From positions 4,393 through 68,392 of the forward strand of contig JBBQKI010000004.1 in assembly GCA_038326725.1 (NCBI GenBank): a DNA stretch of 64,000 nucleotides, given 5' to 3'. Positions 59,353 through 64,000 of the stretch are shown one piece after another (within the stretch, counting starts at the first letter, position 1; each line of letters begins with the position of its first letter). The position numbers were made by a program, and so were the translations under genes. The notes under the pieces are model-generated. The model saw only the letters and a program-made list of their open reading frames with translations, did not search any database and had not been told where the DNA came from. The stretch comes from Flavobacteriales bacterium (GTDB lineage: Bacteria; Bacteroidota; Bacteroidia; Flavobacteriales; Flavobacteriaceae).

Positions 59353-59743
59353 TCATTTTCCAGTAGAAAAACCGGAAGCCGAATGGCGGGAGCAATTGGA
59401 TGAAAAACGCTACCACGTGCTTCGGGAGAAAGGCACGGAATATCCGCATACCGGTGCATATAACCTTCATTTCGAAAACGGAAGCTATGTGTGTGCAGCT
59501 TGTAATAATGCATTATTTACCAGCGATCAAAAATTTAAAAGTAGTTGCGGCTGGCCTTCTTTTGATGAGGCAATAAAAGGTTCTGTTGAATATATGCCGG
59601 ACAATACCCACGGCATGGTTCGCACGGAAATTGTTTGTGCCAACTGCGGTGGTCATTTGGGCCACGTTTTTGATGATGGCCCCACCGAGAGTGGACAACG
59701 TTTTTGTATTAATTCCCTTTCCTTGGATTTCCAAACAAAATAA
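59339..59743 (+). CDS. msrB: Peptide-methionine (R)-S-oxide reductase MsrB, cytoplasmic
   Basis: No signal peptide. CAACNNA, CANCGGHLGH, GWPSF, RFCINSLSL. ATG 59339 overlaps the end of the upstream msrB by 14 nt. Confidence 0.9.
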   Translation: MKRNNHFPVEKPEAEWREQLDEKRYHVLREKGTEYPHTGAYNLHFENGSYVCAACNNALFTSDQKFKSSCGWPSFDEAIKGSVEYMPDNTHGMVRTEIVCANCGGHLGHVFDDGPTESGQRFCINSLSLDFQTK

Positions 59744-59880
59744 GCACCAGATTTCAAATTCCAAATTCTAAATTCCAAAAAAAAACAAGTACCATAAGCC
59801 CAGCACTAAATTTCATTAAGATTTGGAGTTTGGGACTTGGCACTGGGAATTTGAGTTTTTGGAATTTCCTTTTTTGGTGC
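59744..59880. repeat. Long imperfect inverted repeat whose arms are heptamer arrays: GCACCAG + (ATTNCAA)x4 ... (nnTTGGn)x7 + TTTTTTGGTGC
   Basis: Left arm 59751-59778: atttcaa|attccaa|attctaa|attccaa. Right arm 59821-59869: atttgga|gtttggg|acttggc|actggga|atttgag|tttttgg|aatttcc. The ends GCACCA/TGGTGC are complementary. Confidence 0.7.
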
Positions 59881-59932
59881 TTTTTAAATTTGTAAATTCG
59901 TTCCCTCAATACAAAGACATAATTTTAAAGAA

Positions 59933-61306
59933 ATGAAATACGACATCATCGTTTTAGGAAGTGGTCCCGGGGGTTATGTAACCGCCATCCGCGCTTCACA
60001 ATTAGGGTTTAAAACCGCCATTATTGAAAAGGAGAGTTTGGGCGGGGTTTGCCTTAATTGGGGTTGCATCCCCACCAAAGCCTTACTTAAAAGTGCCGAG
60101 GTTTTCAATTATTTAAAACATGCCGAAGATTACGGCTTAACTTTAAAAGATGCCGATAAGGATTTTGACAAAGTTATCGGCAGAAGCCGTGGCGTGGCAG
60201 ATGGAATGAGCAAGGGCGTGCAATTCCTAATGAAAAAAAATAAAATTGATGTTATTGAAGGCATCGGAAAAATTAAACCCGGAAAAAAAGTGGATGTCGA
60301 TGGTAAAGAATATTCCGCGGACCATATCATTATTGCTACCGGTGCGCGTTCCCGCGAGCTGCCCAGCCTGAAACAAGACGGAAAAAAAATAATAGGTTAC
60401 CGTGAAGCCATGTCTTTAAAAAAGCAACCCAAAAGTATGATTGTGGTTGGAAGTGGGGCCATCGGGGTTGAATTTGCACATTTTTACAATGCAATGGGAA
60501 CCGATGTTACCATTGTTGAATTCCTGCCAAATGTAGTGCCTTTGGAAGATGAAGATATCTCAAAACAATTTGAGCGTTCCATAAAAAAAGCGGGTATTAA
60601 AGTGATGACCAATGCTTCGGTTGAAAAAGCCGATGGTTCGGGGAAAAATATAGTTGCCACAATTAAAACCAAAAACGGCGAAGAAAAATTGGAAGCCGAA
60701 ATCATTCTTTCCGCTGTGGGCATTTCCGCCAATATAGAAAATATTGGATTGGAAGAAGTTGGCATCGTTACCGATAAAGGAAAAATAATGGTGAATGATT
60801 GGTACCAAACCAACATCCCCGGCTATTACGCTATTGGCGACGTGGTTCCCGGTCCAGCTTTGGCGCACGTTGCTTCCGCTGAAGGAATAACTTGTGTCGA
60901 AAAAATTGCAGGCTTGCACGTGGAAGCCATTGACTACGGAAATATACCCGGCTGTACCTATGCCACACCGGAAATTGCCAGTGTTGGGATGACCGAAAAA
61001 CAAGCTAAAGAAGCGGGTTACGAATTGAAAATAGGGAAATTCCCATTTTCTGCAAGCGGAAAAGCCAGTGCGGCCGGCGCGAAGGATGGTTTCGTAAAAG
61101 TAATTTTCGATGCCAAATACGGCGAATGGCTGGGCTGCCACATGATTGGTGCGGGTGTTACCGATATGATCGCCGAAGCAGTATTAGGCAGAAAACTGGA
61201 AACCACCGGGCACGAAGTTTTAAAAACCATTCACCCCCACCCTACCATGAGTGAAGCCGTGATGGAGGCCGTAGCCGATGCATACGGGGAAGTTATTCAT
61301 TTGTAG
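59933..61306 (+). CDS. lpdA: Dihydrolipoyl dehydrogenase
   Basis: GSGPGGY FAD motif, redox-active GGVCLNWGCIPTK, C-terminal HPHPTMSE. Confidence 0.95.
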   Translation: MKYDIIVLGSGPGGYVTAIRASQLGFKTAIIEKESLGGVCLNWGCIPTKALLKSAEVFNYLKHAEDYGLTLKDADKDFDKVIGRSRGVADGMSKGVQFLMKKNKIDVIEGIGKIKPGKKVDVDGKEYSADHIIIATGARSRELPSLKQDGKKIIGYREAMSLKKQPKSMIVVGSGAIGVEFAHFYNAMGTDVTIVEFLPNVVPLEDEDISKQFERSIKKAGIKVMTNASVEKADGSGKNIVATIKTKNGEEKLEAEIILSAVGISANIENIGLEEVGIVTDKGKIMVNDWYQTNIPGYYAIGDVVPGPALAHVASAEGITCVEKIAGLHVEAIDYGNIPGCTYATPEIASVGMTEKQAKEAGYELKIGKFPFSASGKASAAGAKDGFVKVIFDAKYGEWLGCHMIGAGVTDMIAEAVLGRKLETTGHEVLKTIHPHPTMSEAVMEAVADAYGEVIHL

Positions 61307-61347
61307 CGATAAGCGATAAGCGATAAGCGATAAGCGATAAGCGAAAT
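61306..61347. repeat. (GCGATAA)x5 perfect heptamer tandem repeat plus one degenerate unit, starting within the lpdA stop codon
   Basis: Read directly: five exact copies at 61306-61340, then gcgaaat. Confidence 0.9.
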
Positions 61348-61348
61348 T

Positions 61349-61377
61349 AAAAAAACCGCAATATTTGCGGTTTTTTT
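61349..61377. terminator. Bidirectional rho-independent terminator (lpdA / aroQ)
   Basis: A7, then ccgcaa-tat-ttgcgg, then T7. Confidence 0.8.
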
Positions 61378-61399
61378 AATGTTTTGTTTCTTGGAACTT

Positions 61400-61434
61400 T
61401 TTTCCCTTTTCCCTTTTCGCTAATTCCTCTTCGC
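61400..61434. repeat. Heptamer array ttttccc|ttttccc|ttttcgc|taattcc|tcttcgc, partly complementary to the GCGATAA array
   Basis: Period-7 segmentation read directly. The reverse complements (gggaaaa, gcgaaaa, gcgaaga) match gcgataa at 5-6 of 7 positions. The array ends 1 nt before the aroQ stop codon. Confidence 0.6.
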
Positions 61435-61435
61435 T

Positions 61436-61852
61436 TTATTTTAAAAAACTTTGCACTGCCAATTCATAGCTTTGCAATCCAAAACCAACAATCACTCCTT
61501 TTACATTGGGCGAAATATAGCTTTTGTGCCTAAAATCCTCCCGTGAAAAAGTGTTGGAAATATGTACTTCCACCACCGGGGTTTTGATTGCTTTTACGGT
61601 ATCGCCAATAGAAACTGAAGTATGGGTGTAGCCCGCGGCGTTTAATATAATGCCATCAAAACAGTTTGCGGCTTCCTGCAATTTATCAATGATTTCCCCT
61701 TCAATATTGGATTGGAAATGGGCAAGTTTTACCGAAGGATATTTGGTTTGCAACGTTTCAAAAAAATCCTGAAAAGATTCATCGCCATAAATATCATTTT
61801 CCCGCTTGCCGAGCAGGTTTAGGTTGGGGCCGTTGATGATGATTATTTTCAT
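61436..61852 (-). CDS. aroQ: Type II 3-dehydroquinate dehydratase
   Basis: IIIINGPNLNLLGKRE..IYG, INAAGYTHTSV, VEVHISN. Confidence 0.95.
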   Translation of the reverse strand: MKIIIINGPNLNLLGKRENDIYGDESFQDFFETLQTKYPSVKLAHFQSNIEGEIIDKLQEAANCFDGIILNAAGYTHTSVSIGDTVKAIKTPVVEVHISNTFSREDFRHKSYISPNVKGVIVGFGLQSYELAVQSFLK

Positions 61853-61955
61853 GTTCCAAATATACCGTTTTTAAAAAACTGGGGAGTGGAAAGTATTTTG
61901 AAATTTGTTTCATTCGGGGACGAGGTTTTGGAATGGGGTGTTAAGGAGGAGGCTA

Positions 61956-62228
61956 TGCTAAGGTGTGGCGGGTATCTTGACAGGAGTATAGAGTATTTTG
62001 ACAAGGGTAGGGAGTTTCAAGAGAGGTGTATGTAGTTTCCTTACAAATGTTTGCAGTTTTTTGACAAGAGTATGGTGTTTCAGAACAGGTGTATGCAGTT
62101 TCAGGACAGGTGTATGGAGTTTCCTTACAAATGTTTACAGTTTTTTGACAAGGGTATGGTGTTTCAGAACAGGTGTCTGGGGTATTTATATACAAGTATG
62201 GAATTTTTGTAGGGGGGTGGGCAATATT
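61956..62228. repeat. Array of about 12-13 degenerate 21-bp tandem repeats (consensus nnnACAGGTGTATGnAGTTTc) with an 84-bp higher-order duplication (62040-62123 vs 62124-62207)
   Basis: Manual segmentation gives in-phase units with no indels. Units 62040-62060 vs 62124-62144, and 62061-62081 vs 62145-62165, each differ at 1 of 21 positions. TTGACA begins four of the units. Confidence 0.85.
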
Positions 62229-62269
62229 TTTTATCTTTATTAAAGATTTATTTTAATACGGGAGAAAAA

Positions 62270-62617
62270 ATGAGAACACAAGAACTATTGTTGTTGCCCC
62301 ATGTGGGGCAGTTGCTGGGGGATTTTTATAGCACTAGTAACGCTAACAGGGGGGAGCTGCCACGGGCCTTAAGGAGGGCACGAAAGCGGGTTCAGACTTA
62401 TGAAAGCCGGCCTACGCTGCCGTGTAAATTGCTTTGGGAAATTTCGGTAGTGCTGGGGCACAACTTTTTTGAGGATATTGCGAGGCAATTGCCGGAATCT
62501 TTTACTACTGCCGTGCCGAAGGACGATGGGCAGGCGCGGCGCATTAGCGAACTGGAGGAGGAAAACCGGATGCTGAAGGTGAAGTTGGACCTGCTGAAGG
62601 AGGTGATGCGGAAATAG
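62270..62617 (+). CDS. Small putative DNA-binding protein (XRE-like HTH plus C-terminal leucine-zipper-like coiled coil)
   Basis: 115 aa, ATG preceded by GGGAGaaaaa. LPRALRRARKRVQTYESRPTLPCKLLWEISVVLGHNFF resembles an XRE HTH. ISELEEENRMLKVKLDLLKEVM has Leu at heptad spacing. Visibly GC-richer than the surrounding genes. Confidence 0.5.
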   Translation: MRTQELLLLPHVGQLLGDFYSTSNANRGELPRALRRARKRVQTYESRPTLPCKLLWEISVVLGHNFFEDIARQLPESFTTAVPKDDGQARRISELEEENRMLKVKLDLLKEVMRK

Positions 62618-62656
62618 TGATGGGGGTTTTGCGGTGTTGGTAGGGATTTTATCAAT

Positions 62657-62690
62657 AAAAAAAGCGGAAGTGTTGGCTTCCGCTTTTAAA
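62657..62690. terminator. Bidirectional rho-independent terminator
   Basis: aaaagcggaag / cttccgctttt stem with a 6-nt loop, flanked by A and T runs, between convergent genes. Confidence 0.8.
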
Positions 62691-62707
62691 AAATATTAAA
62701 TTAAATA

Positions 62708-63271
62708 TTACATAAAGAAATATCCAACTGAAAGGCTGATTACAGAATTCTTGGCATCAACATCTTTAATAACTTCAGAGAGACCTATTACGTAGCGAGC
62801 TTGAAAAAACAAGTTCATTGGTAAACGATATTGAGCCCCAATACCTATTCCAAGATCAAGGGTTTCAATATCCTCAATATCTTCTTTATTACCTTTAAAT
62901 TCTTCATCCGCACTAATATTAATACCTATTTGTGGTCCACCTTGAAGACTAAATCCTTCAGCTAATGTATAATCTGCCATAATGGGTATATTTATATAAC
63001 CTAATCTTCCATTAAAATCATCTCCATCAAAATCATAATTGTAACCTTGATTGGAAAAAACTAATTCGGGTTGTACAGCAAATGATTCGGTTATACCAAT
63101 TCGGGCAACTGCACCTACGTGAAAACTAGTACGGCCATCAAAATTATCCACATCATCACCATTTAAAGAGGCGAAGTTAGCTCCTGCTTTAACACCGAAA
63201 CCAAATTCCTGTGCCTGTAATGAGGTCAAGCTTAAAAAAGCTACTCCTGCAAAAAGTAAAATTTTTTTCAT
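62708..63271 (-). CDS. Outer-membrane beta-barrel (porin-family/OmpW-like) protein
   Basis: Signal peptide (MKKILLFAGVAFLSLTSLQAQ), alternating-hydrophobic strands, and a C-terminal ...SLSVGYFFM. Paralogue of the next gene. Start at ATG 63269-63271. Confidence 0.8.
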   Translation of the reverse strand: MKKILLFAGVAFLSLTSLQAQEFGFGVKAGANFASLNGDDVDNFDGRTSFHVGAVARIGITESFAVQPELVFSNQGYNYDFDGDDFNGRLGYINIPIMADYTLAEGFSLQGGPQIGINISADEEFKGNKEDIEDIETLDLGIGIGAQYRLPMNLFFQARYVIGLSEVIKDVDAKNSVISLSVGYFFM

Positions 63272-63380
63272 AATTAAATTGTTTTTAGTTAGTAATGAGA
63301 TAAATATAATAATTTCGTTAAAATGTGTTAAAGCAAAAACATTCCTTTTGTTAACAAAGTTTTCAACGGAAATAAAATGC

Positions 63381-63406
63381 AAAAAACCCGCAAAATGGCG
63401 GGTTTT
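63381..63406 (-). terminator. Rho-independent terminator
   Basis: cccgc-aaaatg-gcggg hairpin flanked by A/T runs. A T-run follows on the minus strand. Confidence 0.7.
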
Positions 63407-63427
63407 AAAAATTTTAAACTCTATAAA

Positions 63428-63964
63428 TTAAAGGAAGGAGTATCCCACTGCAAGGGAAACAACACTGTTTTTACTATCGCTTCCTTTAGAAACTTCGGTA
63501 AGCCCAAAATTATAACGGGCGTCCAGACGGATCCCGAAAGGGAAATCATACCCAACACCAACCACTCCGGACACATCGGAAGATTCAGCATCATTAATTT
63601 CCCCAAGTACCTCTTTAATATTGTCGTCCACTACGAAACCAAACTGTGGTCCGGCCTGAAGATTTAAGCCTTGAATTATATAATATTTTAAAACTACAGG
63701 CACGTTTACATAGGTTAAATCAAATTTCTCTCCATCAAATTCAGCCCCTTGCTGTGAATACAACAAATCGGCTTGAAGTCCAATTTTATCGCTAAACTTA
63801 AACCCCACAAATGCACCAGCAAGAAATCCGGTTTTGTTGGACGCGTTGGATGCATCTGTAATGGTGGCAAAGTTGGCCCCGGCTTTTATCCCTAAATCTA
63901 TTTCTTGGGAGATTGCCGCAGATGCGATGAATACGGTTACTAAAAATGCTGTCAATTTTTTCAT
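63428..63964 (-). CDS. Outer-membrane beta-barrel (porin-family) protein
   Basis: Signal peptide (MKKLTAFLVTVFIASAAISQ), LGIKAGANFA..., C-terminal SLAVGYSFL. Similar to 62708-63271. Confidence 0.8.
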   Translation of the reverse strand: MKKLTAFLVTVFIASAAISQEIDLGIKAGANFATITDASNASNKTGFLAGAFVGFKFSDKIGLQADLLYSQQGAEFDGEKFDLTYVNVPVVLKYYIIQGLNLQAGPQFGFVVDDNIKEVLGEINDAESSDVSGVVGVGYDFPFGIRLDARYNFGLTEVSKGSDSKNSVVSLAVGYSFL

Positions 63965-64000
63965 AAGTGTAGGTTTTTATTTTTATAACGCAAAGTTACA

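Noticed and set aside
61953-62243. Two ORFs across the 21-bp repeat array. The minus-strand 80-aa ORF encodes heptad T-P-Y-x-C-x-E/K repeats that look superficially like a Thr/Cys-rich RiPP precursor. The plus-strand ORF is 81 aa.
   Set aside because: Both begin with TTG rather than ATG, and both are open simply because a 21-nt (3x7) stop-free unit is repeated. Differences between the near-identical units are non-synonymous in the minus frame (gca/gta is A/V; tct/cct is S/P). There is no leader or signal sequence, and no modification enzyme lies in the window. A non-coding repeat is the better reading, although coding is not formally excluded.
1-64000. tRNA, rRNA or tmRNA genes, CRISPR arrays, transposases, integrases, phage genes, or a multi-gene defence island.
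   Set aside because: No T-loop GGTTCGA-type tRNA signatures, no direct-repeat/spacer arrays, and no recombinase-like or phage-like ORFs were seen on either strand. The RecD-like helicase and the EEP nuclease-fold protein are isolated among housekeeping genes and are not paired with defence-type partners.

Overview
This 64-kb window looks like chromosomal sequence from a low-GC Bacteroidota (Flavobacteriaceae-like) genome. The taxon is inferred from gene content (PorQ-like T9SS protein, DUF3822, VF530 and KTSC families), A-rich rather than Shine-Dalgarno start contexts, and TAnnTTTG-type promoter boxes. About 65 genes are tightly packed and mostly housekeeping. They include: katE; a DEAD-box helicase; gcvT; yebC; a kdsB fusion; a recD-like helicase; rsmD; rnpB (RNase P RNA, minus strand); dnaX; miaE; sixA-ppk1-ppx; pdxH; rnz; pyrB and pyrR; rpsA; cmk; porQ-like; lon; an ECF sigma/anti-sigma/DUF4097 module; tandem msrB; lpdA; and aroQ. 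I found no tRNA, rRNA, CRISPR array, transposase, integrase or recognisable multi-gene defence island. The only classic accessory module is a higBA toxin-antitoxin pair. The observations most worth a second look are: (1) a phase-exact array of about 12 degenerate 21-bp tandem repeats upstream of a GC-rich small HTH/leucine-zipper ORF (61956-62617). (2) Three consecutive small ORFs in a 520-bp gap; two are paralogues sharing LWNxKRRY with synonymous differences (7811-8164). (3) A KdsB fused to an iron-type alcohol dehydrogenase (KdnB-like) domain. (4) Two genes interrupted only by in-frame TAA codons. (5) A recurring intergenic architecture in which hairpin arms or gene-flanking spacers are built from tandem heptamer words. 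All functional calls come from motif and family recognition by eye in the supplied translations. No database search was possible, so novelty cannot be asserted, only flagged.
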